DNA from: Octopus bimaculoides
Lineage: Eukaryota
Length of the DNA: 58,269 nt
NCBI RefSeq assembly: GCF_001194135.2
Contig: NC_068992.1
Span: forward strand, 61,343,496-61,401,764
Direction: 5' to 3'
Below are positions 13,397-23,694 of the stretch, in pieces. Numbering within the stretch: position 1 is the first letter of the stretch; each line of letters begins with the position of its first letter. The notes under the pieces are model-generated. The model was not told where the DNA came from, searched no databases, and saw only the letters and a list, made by a program, of their open reading frames with translations. A program made the position numbers and the translations under genes.

Positions 13397-13448
<52 letters not shown>

Positions 13449-14122
13449 ATACATAGTCTAATATATAAATCTCATTCTGTCCGGTTTTTTTTTGTGCACT
13501 TATAACTTGAGTATTGTTCATCTGATCACGCTGAAATTTTAAACATGGATACATGAGAGAGCGGAGCGTTCCGTAATCTAAAAAGATTTTCAAAATTGTC
13601 AGTTTCAAAGTGAGAATTGCTATTTTTGTAATGCTTGTCTGTCCATTGGATAATTAAAACTTACATTTTTATTTTTATTCGAAACTAATGTTATGTATCC
13701 CATTATTCTTACCATTACATCAGTGAAAATCGAAATAAAATACTTAAAGCAACAGTTATCAAATGCAAAAGCTGAAGAACTGTTAATTGTTTATTTGGAG
13801 ATAAAACAGCTTTCAGTCTGGCATATAGGTGTCAACATGAAGTATGCTTCAGTGCAAAATGTTTAAGGTTATTTATGATTTCTATGGGTGGATGCTCTTC
13901 CTGTTGCCAGCTCTCACTTGTTTCCAAATAATGTAATATTTTGACATGGCTCTGTCATGATTACCTGAAAGACTGGAAATGAAACAAATTGTTTTTATGA
14001 TGGTGATACTTGCTTACAACTATCAAGTGATATCAAGGAGAGAAGACAGTAACATACATACTATGTATGTATGCATCTAACAATCTATATACATATATAT
14101 ACATATATATATATACATATAC

Positions 14123-14162
<40 letters not shown>

Positions 14163-14556
14163 NNNNNNNNNNNNNNNNNNNNNNNNNNNNNNNNNNNNNN
14201 NNNNNNNNNNNNNNNNNNNNNNNNNNNNNNNNNNNNNNNNNNNNNNNNNNNNNNNNNNNNNNNNNNNNNNNNNNNNNNNNNNNNNNNNNNNNNNNNNNNN
14301 NNNNNNNNNNNNNNNNNNNNNNNNNNNNNNNNNNNNNNNNNNNNNNNNNNNNNNNNNNNNNNNNNNNNNNNNNNNNNNNNNNNNNNNNNNNNNNNNNNNN
14401 NNNNNNNNNNNNNNNNNNNNNNNNNNNNNNNNNNNNNNNNNNNNNNNNNNNNNNNNNNNNNNNNNNNNNNNNNNNNNNNNNNNNNNNNNNNNNNNNNNNN
14501 NNNNNNAGCGATGGAGTGCCAACAACAACATATACATATATATATATATATAAGCT

Positions 14557-14601
<45 letters not shown>

Positions 14602-15226
14602 GTCATCCCATAAAAAATGCATTTTTTCAATTGCATGAACTAAAAGTTGGAGGAGGATGGGATAAACTATATAAACTACTTGCTTCAACTTGCTATAAAA
14701 ACAGGTAGTTATTCTACCTTATTCTTAGTGTCAGTTTTGAAGAGTTCAGTTCGATTTTAACAGTTATTTTTCAAAGCTATAATGGAAGTGACAAAGGAGT
14801 ATATTTGGGATATTTTGCTTTATTAGTTCAATAAGGGAAGCAATGCAACGGAAAGTGTAAGGAATATTAATGCAGTATTTGGGGATGGGCAATAAGCATA
14901 GGCCAGTGTCAACGGTGATTCCAGAAATTCTGAGCCAGAAACTACAGCTTAGAAGATGAGTCTCATCCTGGTAGATCTGTAGAGATCGACAGGGACGGTA
15001 TCGATTACAATTATAAAGAAACCGTATAGATTACGATTATAAAGAAATTTGTGGGGAAAATCTTTTCCGAGGGGGTGGGGAGAGAACTTGGGAACATTGA
15101 CAAGATCCGATATTTTTCCCTCGTAACTTTGAGGAAAGTATAATTCCTTTGAAATCACAAATTAGGCTTTTCCTCAGGAACTTAGATGCTAAACATCCCT
15201 TTGACGGGTTCGGGTCCTTACTTCTA

Positions 15227-15268
<42 letters not shown>

Positions 15269-18200
15269 ATAGAAGCAAGGACCCGAATCCTTCAATGGGA
15301 TGTTTAGCATCCAAGTTCCTGAGGATTATATTTTCCACAAAGTTACGAGGGAAAAACATCGGATCTTGTGAATTTTCTGAAGGCCTCTCCCCACCCCTGT
15401 TGCTTTCTGGGCATTTTTATTTCCATATTCGTTTCCTACATCTTTTTTTTTTTTTACACCCGTTGAACTATTTTTTTTTTCTGGATTTTGTTTCCAGGTA
15501 ATAATGTCAACATTAACCCATTTTTTTTTACACTTATACTTTCTTTTTTGTTTTGGTGGCCGGGTGTTAAACTAGATAACCGTTTGTTGTTGATAAGTTT
15601 TGTCCTTTGAACCAGGCTTGTCTTCATAATCCTCCTGGTTCGTGTTAGCAAATGGCTTACGATATATCTTTATGGTGAAGCACTCAACACAGATTTCACA
15701 AATACACACAATAAAATACTAGTTAAGGAAAGACTAAAAGACTATTAATAGACAAAGAAGCAGTCATGTAGAGAGAGAGGGAAGAGTCGTTAGTTATACA
15801 ATTAGATAGATGAATCTATCGATAATAAGCTTCGTTGAACAACGAAACGAGGATTACGATCAGAAGAGAAAGACAGTAGGAAGAATGATATATTTAATCA
15901 TTCCTCCCCACTTTTATTTTAAATATTTTATTCATATCACATATTCTTTTCTGTAACTGAATCTGGAATCTGGCCAAATCAAAACAAACAAATACTGTGC
16001 ATGTTTGCATTTTATTCAACATTTAAATACATATATAAAGTTGGGAGCATATTTTGTTCTCAGTTCATCTCATTTGCTAGTTAATACATTTAATCGGTGT
16101 TACCTTCCTGTTAATAAAACTACAAGAAAATTAGTTGTTTGAGAGCTCTCCAATAATCTCTAAAATATATATATTTTTTAATATCCTACATTGACGAGTG
16201 GCATTCTTTTTGCGAAGTTACCTCGTGACTTCGCCTTAATTAAGAATAATACTAGAAGACATCAAAAAGTAGATGAATACCCGAGCTAATGAGGAAACCT
16301 TCACGTGGTTAGAAGACCTATGAGAAACAACAACCAATTCTCACTCAATTCATATTCTATCGTCTTAATGAAAGCAAAAATATTTGATAATGTAGTCCAA
16401 TATATATATAAGACATAAATGGCTTTTCTGTTTTCGAGTATAGAACTGTTGACACATGCAATAAAGTGCCTTTGTCAGTTAATAGCTGCTAGGACATTTT
16501 AGTGTTTCAAAACTTCAGTGCTTTTCAAAATTCACCAACACTACTCCTGACATGCCTATGCAACCTTTCCTATGTATGGCTCTTTTACTGTTCATTTTTC
16601 TGTCTTTTTGTGTTTTATCTGTGTATCCTGTATGCATTTTTGGCTATCATTGATGCTTTTCTTTGCTTGATTTATTGAGGCTTTCTGTTTCCTCTTTTAC
16701 CCTTTTTCCGACAAGCTGTACCTGAGCATTATATATTATAAGCTCATAATTATTAACACTTTTCAAGGCGGTGAGCTGGCAGATTCGTTAGCATGCCCAG
16801 CAAAATGCTTAGCAGCATTTTGTCCATCTTTTCGATCGGTCCAGCTTGTCTCCTTTTTCTGAGTCGATAAAATAAGTACCAGTCGAGTAATGGCTCGATG
16901 TAATTGATTAGTCCCCTCCCCCCCGACCTTTCAGGCCTTGTACCAAAACCTGAAACCATTATTGTTAACGCTGCCAAGGCAACGAGGTAGGAAAATCATT
17001 TAAACGTCGGTCAAAATACTTAACGATATTTAATCTGGCTTTATGTTCTGAGCTCAAATCCCACCGAGGTTGACTTTGTCTTTCGTGGTCGATAGAATAA
17101 AGTACCAGTGAAGTAATGGAACCGATGTATTTGATTTTTCCGTCTCCCTACAAAACTGCCGGCTTTGTTCCAAAATTAGAAAGAATTATTGTTGACTCCT
17201 CGCAGAACTCGTCTGGCACTCTCCACTCTTTGCAACAAAAAATCGGTTAGCTTATACGACTTCGTCGTAAAGCATTCGCCGATAAAAATATGGAACAGCA
17301 CCAAGTCAGAATACAAACACAAACCCGTCAGCGACAAGATGTATCAAATTTTGAATGACAAAACAGAACAAGTTGTTTCCACTCTCATTTACATGACACC
17401 CATTTTATGCTACGTAGTTTCTTAAGCACAAAATTATTTCAATTAACATATTAATCTTATCAAATTTTAAAATAGGACAAGACAAGAGAATAATAAAATG
17501 GTTAAGACGATACCACAGCGAAAATTTGATACGGTAATGTGTGTATAGGAGCCCATATATCTAGCGCCTACAGGCGATCTTTCGTTTTCCCTACAGGAAG
17601 ATTGCCATTTACATGTTCTTTATGGTACAATGCCAAGACAAACTAAATCAGTTTGTTTAAAAGAGCACTAACCCAATTCAATGAGATAACACCAATAGCA
17701 TAAGACCCTATTTGTAGAAGAGCAAGTACCCACACATTAGATCAGTTTCATACACACGCGTAAATGAGAAAGTACTGCTCAATATTAGTTGTAGAGGATA
17801 TAGTTTTAACTAAAACTGAATCCGAGAATTTGTCTTGTGACTCGAGTTTCACGCCGCTATGATCTTCAGATTAGAGATGGTAGTGGCATGAACCTCGAGA
17901 CGCGAGCCAAAGTTTCAGTGTTGATTAAAAAATAATACTACGTATGAGTGCATTTGTCTGTATGTATATATCAGGTCATCCCATAAGTTCTGTCCGAATT
18001 TTGAATAAAGAAAACACGTGATCAAATGTTATATTTAATTGAAATTTAAACATCAGCGTACTTTCCCTGATTACCTATGACTTCCTTCCATCTATTTACA
18101 AGCTTTTTAATCCCATCAATGTAAAACTCTTTTGGTTTCAAAGCGAAGAACTTTGAAATGTCAGTTTCCACCTCCTCCTGGCTTGCGAAAGTTATGTCCC

Positions 18201-20512
18201 CCAAATGATTCTGTAAACTATGAAACAAATGGTCGTCTGAAGGAACAAGGTTGGAAAAATAAGATGGATGAGGAATTTTTCCCAACCAAGCTNNNNNNNN
18301 NNNNNNNNNNNNNNNNNNNNNNNNNNNNNNTGGGGTGGTGCATTGTCTTGATGAAACATCACTCCGTTTCGATTCACTAAAGCGGATTTTTTTTTTCTTT
18401 AAAGCTCGGTTCAAACGTTCTAATTGCTGACAGTAGACTTGAGCATTGATTGTTGCATTAGGTGGTAACAATTCAAAGTGAATTACTCCTTTGCAATCCC
18501 ACCAGATAGAGAGAAGAACCTTTTCCACATGAAGTTCCCTTCTCGGTTGTGGTTGAGCTTTTTCCTTTTTACCAAGTCACTGTTTACAACGTTTAACATT
18601 TCGATAGAAGATTCATTTTTCGTCACCAGTCAATCCAAAAAGGGTGAAATGAGTTCGCGAGAATGGAGAGAAGAGCAGATGCTAACTCGGGATTTGCGGT
18701 TGCTTTTAGACAATTCATGAGGCACCCATTTTCCAAGTTTAGGAACCTTTCCAAGTTGTTGTATATGACGATGAGAAAGTTCTTTCATTCAAGCATTTTT
18801 TCCCATAAACTAAGTGTATGTTTCGAGTCGCTTCGGCTGCAGAGTTTCCTTTTTTGTACTCATAAAGCATTATGTGCCTTAAATGCTCTTTGGATACTTC
18901 CATGTTAGAAAGGGTTTTAATCAAAGAAATTTTAATTCTATTATTCTGTAAAATAATATTTAATTAGTTTAAATGTACACAAATGCATAAAAATAAATTT
19001 TAATTCCATTAGACTTTCTAAAATACTATTAAATTTCATTCAATTTTAAAAAAGGTAAAATCGGAAAGAACTTATGGGATGAATTGATATGTATATCTAT
19101 GTATGTATATATAAATGTGTGTGTGTAAATTAGGGAATCCTTCATAGAGTAACTGCTGCATTTGTTGAGTATATAAAAAGTTTGGTTGCTTGTTTCTCTG
19201 AAACCGTCAGAATGATGAGAACCCAATCGAAAATCGATTAAGGCTGGTCATCATTTTTTTCAGTCTGCAGAGAAATGGCTAAAATTTGATCTATTTATAA
19301 TTTTACCATATGTTTTATATATATATATATATATATATAAGAATGAAGATCTTTTCTGGAGGATATAGACTAAAAGGGTTGGTTTCTGCAGAGATCTACT
19401 TTTCCTTTTATCCTTTTGGGGTTGATAAAATAAATACCATCTGAGCAGTGGGTGGATGTAATCGACTGGCTCCCGACCCACAAAATTTCAGGCTTGCGCC
19501 TATAGTAGGGAAAAGGGCGATCTTTCGATATGAGAACTGTGTTTATGACTTCTTAAAGCACGTGTATTTGTTTATGTTTCTGAAGAAGATTGTCGCTTTC
19601 AGTAAATTTATTTTTTATTTTTTGACATATGTGGGGTGAGGGGAAAGGGGATCTTTTGAAGTCGGCGTGAAAGCAAAAGAGACTGAGAGAGCGCGATTGG
19701 ATCAGGGAAGTTCTTTTGAAGTGGGCGTGCCGTGTGTGTGTGTGTGTGTGNNNNNNNNNNNNNNNNNNNNNNNNNNNNNNNNNNNNNNNNNNNNNNNNNN
19801 NNNNNNNNNNNNNNNNNNNNNNNNNNNNNNNNNNNNNNNNNNNNNNNNNNNNNNNNNNNNNNNNNNNNNNNNNNNNNNNNNNNNNNNNNNNNNNNNNNNN
19901 NNNNNNNNNNNNNNNNNNNNNNNNNNNNNNNNNNNNNNNNNNNNNNNNNNNNNNNNNNNNNNNNNNNNNNNNNNNNNNNNNNNNNNNNNNNNNNNNNNNN
20001 NNNNNNNNNNNNNNNNNNNNNNNNNNNNNNNNNNNNNNNNNNNNNNNNNNNNNNNNNNNNNNNNNNNNNNNNNNNNNNNNNNNNNNNNNNNNNNNNNNNN
20101 NATTTCATTGAAAGATATACCAATTCCATCTAACGATACTTACCTAGTATTATTACTACAGAAAACTAATGACCTAATCAAAAGAATGAGATGGAAGGCA
20201 TTCTTTTACGATTTTATTCTTTTAACTTTAGGTTTCTTTATATTTTATATTTTAGAATTTATAATATTCATGCTTATTTACACATAAATTTTTATACGCA
20301 TATATATTTAAACATATATTTATCTATTTTTAGATTTTTATATGTATCGATATTTATATTCCGTATTTTTATGTTTTAAACTTTTAAATTTATTATGCTA
20401 CCATGTTATGTTGGATGTATATCTTTTGAAATACTAAATATTGATTTGCTAAATATATTATTGACGAATTAATAATATAAAATCACATATATACACACAC
20501 ACACACACATAT

Positions 20513-20549
<37 letters not shown>

Positions 20550-23500
20550 TACACACACACATCTATGTGTGTATACATACACACATACATATATAGAGAA
20601 CCTCTCTCTCTAACTCACATACACACATACCAGCAACATTACTCTGTGTCTCTTCACATACAAACCACACCTTCTGTCTCGCACACCCCCATCTAACACA
20701 CTCACACAGCACGCCACATATACACCTGACGAAGACATAAAAGAATTAGTTCATACATTAAACTTGATTTGCTTCAAGTTGAACGGAACTAAGAAACATA
20801 CAAAAGAGAGTAAATAGAGCTGGGGGTGACGAGAAGAAATGAAACTCAGCTGTCTATGAATAACTGGTTATATAAAACATTGGGTTAAAAAAACTAACTA
20901 CACAGAAATTAGATATTAGCGGCAGAAAAGAAAAAAACCCAGCAACATAAAATTCGGCAGAATTCTAGTTTCATATAACCGAACGTAACTTTTTTTGTCA
21001 ATTTTCAGTTTTTGCAAATTTGTGTTCTAAACACCGGAATTCATACGATTATCCAGAAATGTTTTTGATAACCCTCCACCCCTTCCCTCATAAATCCTAA
21101 AATTTCCACTCTTTTTCGAATGTTTATAAATCAGAGTATTTAATACGGACATTCCAAATTATTTGCTTAAATCTCACTCTTGGCTGCATCATCATTCCGT
21201 TCAATGTGTTTATGGAGAAGAAAATATTGAAAAACAGCAATACATGTCAGAGAGATAAAGAAACGAGGAAGGTAGTCGTGAGATATACTAAAAATAACAG
21301 CTAAATAACACACATCTTTTTCTTTTTTTTGCATAATTGTACGCATTCCTGTGAAGAACACAAATTCGTAAAAAAAAGATAATTTTTCAGATTAACACCC
21401 GCACGATCTTCGCTGGGGTGTTAGGGTTAGGGTTTTAGGGTCGGGGTTAGGGTTAGGGTTTTAGGGTTAGGGTTTAGGGTTACGGTTACGGTTTTAGGGT
21501 TTGGATTAGGGAATTCTGTCCCTAACCGTAACCCTAACCTTAAACACTAATCCTAACCCTAAAACTCTAACCCTAACACCCTAGTGAAGATCGTGCGGGA
21601 GTAATCTGAAAAATTACCAAAAAAATTCTGAAAATTCCAAAAATGAAAAAAAAAAAAAACTTGTTTGCTATCCAAAATACATCATGCAACAAAACAAACC
21701 GCAGAAGAGCGTCAAGTGAACAAAAAAAAGGCAAAAACAAAAAAGTTCTGTAGCGTAGCTAAAGTTTGATAACGTGAAAGCGACCCACTAAAATTGACAA
21801 TTAAGCTTACAGGCGTCAATGGTTGCAATATTGACTCCGCAATTTCATGTTACACAGTACTTACAAAGAAATGAAATAAAATATATATATATATTGGAAG
21901 TTTTTAAAAATCGATAGAAAAGGAAAGAGAGAGCGGGAGAGAGTGCGTGTTTGAAAGGAGAGAAAAGTGATTACAAGTACAGGAGAGAGAGAGAGAGGAG
22001 TTGGGTGAATAAAATTGCGTGATTAACAGTTGGATGAATAAAAAGAAAAAGAGATGAACGGATGAATTATGCCATGAAAGGGAGACAGGCAATTTGTAGG
22101 AGCGACAAGAAAATAAATAAACGAGAGCCCAGAGTCAGAGAAGAGAGTCAGCTTATGGGAGAAAATAAGAGATAGATGGACCGAATGACACGAAAAGGCT
22201 GTCATCTAAAACTAAAAATAAGGGAAAAGATGCATAAAAACGAGAGAAAGATATAGTTTGTTTAGCTCGGTTCCTAGGAATTCAATAGACATCAGATCCA
22301 CTTAGACGCAAGTGATATCTCTAATAATAATAATAATAATAATAATGGTGGTGGTGACGTTTTCTTCATTAATCGCTAAAGGCTGACAAATACATCGGGA
22401 ACGGTGCTGGACGTTTATACTTTAGAATTAGAGAAGAGTATGTGAAAATGGGAGAAATGAAAAAAATAAATAAATAAATACATAATTCGAACAATAAGTT
22501 ATTTCTTACCCAAATTAAAATAAAGGTAGAGATGGACTATATGTAATCTGAACCTTTCCCCCCCCCCTTATTTATTAATTTTTTTTTACGGAATCCCACG
22601 TTTTAGGCTATGGAGATTCCGATTCTGAAAAAAAAAATTTTGAAAAATTTCAATCCCCCCCCCACCAAGCAGGCTATTTACATGCTAGAAATAACAGCCA
22701 AATCTCACAAAACTAGTGTTAGGGTTAGGTTTAGGGTTAGGGCTAGGGTTAGGGTCAGGGTTAGGGTTAGGGTCAGGGTTACGGTCAGGGTTAGGGTTAG
22801 GGTTAGGGTTTGAGTTAGGGTTAGGTTTACCCTGTGGATCTATATAAAAACCGGGGCGGGGGGATCGAAATTTTGAAATTGAGATTTTTGAAAATTTTTT
22901 TCCACAATCGGATTCTCCATGGTCTGCAACATAGGATTCCGTAAAAAAAAACAAAATTTAAAAGTGGGGGTATACCCAGATTACATATACTCCATCTCCA
23001 CCCAAATAAACTTAATAGTAAATAAGAACGAGGAAGCCTCAAAGTTAGAGGTTGCAAACGTGGCGGTGTTCGCACCTCATAAGGGTGCGACTACCAGAGA
23101 AAGTATACAAAGTTGCTTTCGAAAATAAAATTAACTTTCTCTTTAAAATAATCTTGTTTTTGTGTACGAGTTCTAGAAAATTTTTGTATAAATGCGAAGA
23201 ATGTGGAGCATAGACAATATTGGAAATTACTGATCTACATAATCGTTCGGTCTGCTAAAAATAGTTGCTACATCTCTCTTAAATTATGACTCATGTACTT
23301 TAAGAGGAGACGCAAAATTACATAAGTTCCTCATACCTCAAATGCAAAAAAAAAAAAATGACAGGACGATCACGTTTGGAATAAATTAGGCCAAAGGACA
23401 AACTCGGTAAATATCAACCTGGAGTTAAACAACAGCTCAAAAACTGTTTCTAGCATATAACAGCTTGATAGTAAACAGCAAGACAAAGTAAACTTACATA

Positions 23501-23694
23501 TAGATAAAATTAACAAAATAATAAATTAAAAGGTTTATAAAATATTTTCAAAGTAATTTTTTCCTCTCTAACTTACCTCGCACTTTCATGGGTTCATTCA
23601 GCACAATTTGTACAAATCCATTCAACCTCTGACCACCGTAATAAACTCGCGATGGATTGTTAAAATGGATCGCTAGACTTCTTAGCTTCCCCAT
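665..23694 (-). CDS. ARRDC: Arrestin domain-containing protein (alpha-arrestin, ARRDC/TXNIP family); six coding exons visible, 3' end outside the window
   Basis: Hand-spliced join(23577..23694, 8823..8969, 7915..8141, 5834..6016, 3751..3933, 665..887) gives one open frame of 360 codons +1 nt with GT-AG introns and matching phases. Contains alpha-arrestin motifs: VYYGGQRLNG, VHWTE, HYSAHENYF, YPFEFMLPYNIPSSYEG, GYVRYYVKA, KPWKFDH, SGPLSAHV, RTGYVSGE, IPPLPPS, LPMEIIIGTIPL. Family call only; the exact orthologue is not determined. Confidence 0.95.
1010..1555 (-). repeat. Interspersed ~500 bp repeat; inverted partner at about 3100-3560
   Basis: Reverse complement aligns to 3100-3560 (shared CTCTCATGGCTTTTGATCTTAA, GCTTAATACCACAG, TTTGAATAATTCACC, GGACCTTTTGAGC). 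Confidence 0.8.
1580..1790 (+). mobile_element. SINE family 2 (GAGCTGGCAGAA...CTGAGTTCAAATTC...GGGGTCGATAAAATAAGTACCAG...GATGTAATCGAC)
   Basis: Same sequence recurs more than 12 times, e.g. about 2232-2430, 7335-7520, 9020-9230, 16765-17180, 27760-28320, 36060-36235, 41130-41310(-), 49020-49180(-), 56170-56330(-), 57760-57895(-). Confidence 0.8.
1977..2649 (+). repeat. Local direct duplication of ~160 bp (1977-2136 and 2491-2649)
   Basis: ATAGATGAATAGGAGAGGGCTCTTACCCTAGAGGTCAGAGC...CCACTCTCT occurs twice with few mismatches, separated by a SINE. Confidence 0.85.
3100..3560 (+). repeat. Interspersed repeat, inverted partner of 1010-1555
   Basis: Alignment by eye to the reverse complement of 1010-1555. 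Confidence 0.8.
3751..3933 (-). CDS. ARRDC: ARRDC-like coding exon 5 (VISFHATTKTK...IPPLPPSHLIYCNIIDIRYILT)
   Basis: Acceptor CAG ending at 3934, donor GTAAGT from 3750; 183 nt, phase 0-0; arrestin-C motif IPPLPPS...CNIIDIRY. Confidence 0.93.
3971..4208 (-). mobile_element. Non-autonomous Helitron-like 3' end (hairpin plus CTAG/T)
   Basis: Minus strand ends CTGTGAAATATTCACAG (hairpin)-GTCTTG-CTAG-T, matching the Helitron 3' signature; homologous to 7093-7325. Confidence 0.6.
5029..5520 (-). mobile_element. RTE-clade LINE, 3' ORF remnant
   Basis: REKLGIRGIK..MQERRMLWFGHVMH..GSCIKKC..LKVDDTCGRQRPRKT is the typical RTE C-terminus; paralogous pieces at 50.7-51.3 kb and 53.3-54.7 kb. Confidence 0.85.
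5834..6016 (-). CDS. ARRDC: ARRDC-like coding exon 4 (QPIQQQGTKHFCCCCCKSGPLSAHVNLYRTGYVSGEKILINAEICNMSNRDITSSKASLDM)
   Basis: Acceptor AG at 6018-6017, donor GTGAGT from 5833; 183 nt, phase 0-0. Confidence 0.95.
7093..7325 (+). mobile_element. Non-autonomous Helitron-like 3' end, inverted relative to 3971-4208
   Basis: CTGTGAAATATTCACAG hairpin then ATTCCA-CTAG(7316-7319)-T; about 235 bp alignable to the reverse complement of 3971-4208. Confidence 0.6.
7590..7906. repeat. Purine-rich and (GAT)n low-complexity tract in ARRDC intron 3
   Basis: GAT/GAG/GAA triplet runs; explains the overlapping low-complexity ORFs here. Confidence 0.9.
7915..8141 (-). CDS. ARRDC: ARRDC-like coding exon 3 (PVMGANQVILNGGEHHYPFEFMLPYNIPSSYEGGTGYVRYYVKAIMDKPWKFDHKCKVPFTVITVLDLNQTPNAL)
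   Basis: Acceptor AG at 8143-8142, donor GTAAGT from 7914; 227 nt, phase 1-0; arrestin-N signature LPSSYEG..G.VRY. Confidence 0.97.
8823..8969 (-). CDS. ARRDC: ARRDC-like coding exon 2 (GVRLELKGESRVHWTERHSTGSGKNRSTTTRHYSAHENYFDYTVILYGS)
   Basis: Acceptor TTCTTCCTTAG ending at 8970, donor GTAAGG from 8822; 147 nt, phase 1-1. Not in the ORF track in this frame because it has no start codon. Confidence 0.95.
9323..9543 (-). other. Candidate non-coding/poison cassette exon in ARRDC intron 1
   Basis: Long polypyrimidine tract plus GTCTGCAG acceptor (AG at 9545-9544); AAG|GTGAGT donor at 9323/9322; 221 nt. Splicing after exon 1 gives GAG TAA. No transcript evidence. Confidence 0.4.
10153..11020 (+). 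repeat. Local direct duplication of ~235 bp (10153-10392 and 10787-11020)
   Basis: CTCATTTATTACTGTTATTCATTCATTTATCTAATTTTG...GCAGCCAGAGTGTTTGCTGTTTTGTG occurs twice. Confidence 0.85.
11230..11810 (+). mobile_element. Tc1/mariner transposase remnant (C-terminal half)
   Basis: Degenerate DYLQKGHITNGEHYANLL, GVFFHHDNAPTH and HHPYSPDLIPSDYHLF motifs; related copy at about 42640-43135. Confidence 0.85.
12720..13345 (-). mobile_element. hAT (Charlie/ZBED5-8-like) transposase remnant
   Basis: VLNMAIKVVNFVQGRALNSCVFKLLC..ESEHESLLFHTNVQWLSKG and LFCHPMDSCTAAAAIF match hAT transposase motifs (LL.HT.VRWLS.G). Absent from the duplicated copy. Confidence 0.85.
14163..14506. other. Assembly gap (N run)
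   Basis: Other N runs at 18293-18330, 19751-20100, 24298-24307, 37922-37948, 45488-45667, 49520-49529, 50549-50558, 52494-52503 and 55954-56030. Confidence 1.
14598..15060 (+). mobile_element. mariner 5' remnant (TIR plus N-terminal HTH)
   Basis: GGTCATCCCATAA TIR core shared with the element at 17971; ATG at 14782 gives MEVTKEYIWDILLY*FNKGSNATESVRNINAVFGD. Confidence 0.8.
15100..15369. repeat. Foldback: ~100-125 bp inverted arms around a (TG)n loop
   Basis: 15100-15226 is the reverse complement of 15270-15369 apart from one internal indel. Confidence 0.9.
17971..19087 (-). mobile_element. Near-complete mariner (Tc1/mariner) DNA transposon with TIRs and TA TSD, defective
   Basis: TIRs TCAGGTCATCCCATAAGTTCTGTCCG and TCAATTCATCCCATAAGTTCTTTCCG, flanked by TA on both sides. 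ORF pieces MEVSKEHLRHIMLYEYKKGNSAAEATRNI, KVLLSIWWDCKGVIHFELL, FHQDNA, PSDDHLF and GIKKLVNRWKEVI; frameshifted, 1117 bp. Confidence 0.95.
20101..20900 (+). mobile_element. Penelope-like element remnant (ORF N-terminus and AT-rich terminal region)
   Basis: SLKDIPIPSNDTYLVLLLQKTNDLIKRMRWKAFFY resembles the N-terminus of invertebrate Penelope-like ORFs (recalled pattern, not searched). Confidence 0.55.
21380..21616. mobile_element. Palindromic MITE-like element with head-to-head (TTAGGG)n/(CCCTAA)n
   Basis: Left TAATTTTTCAGATTAACACCCGCACGATCTTCGCTGGGGTGTTAGGG pairs with the right end CCCTAACACCCTAGTGAAGATCGTGCGGGAGTAATCTGAAAAATTA. Confidence 0.85.
21660..22260 (-). repeat. Interspersed CT-rich repeat; diverged inverted copy at about 28400-29050
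   Basis: Shared CCGTCCATCTATCTCTTATTTTCTC, CAACTGTTAATCACGCAATTTTATTCAC and AAGCTTA blocks. Confidence 0.75.
22495..23030. mobile_element. Foldback element with ~165 bp imperfect TIRs and a central (GGGTTA)n array
   Basis: 22495-22660 is the imperfect reverse complement of 22860-23030 (TACGGAATCC...ATGGAGA.TCCGATT...); degenerate TTAGGG array at about 22720-22830. Confidence 0.8.
23577..23694 (-). CDS. ARRDC: ARRDC-like coding exon 1 (MGKLRSLAIHFNNPSRVYYGGQRLNGFVQIVLNEPMKVR)
   Basis: ATG at 23694-23692, donor GAG|GTAAGT at 23577/23576; 118 nt, phase 1 matches exon 2. Typical alpha-arrestin N-terminus. Too short for the ORF track. Confidence 0.93.

Noticed and set aside
14067-14708. Long ORFs containing X runs (also 19608-20287, 45259-45846, 55747-56081)
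   Set aside because: Artefacts of N gaps and (TA)n/(TG)n repeats.
21420-21580. Ancestral telomere-telomere chromosome fusion site
   Set aside because: The arrays are short, degenerate and enclosed by unique TIRs, which fits a MITE better.
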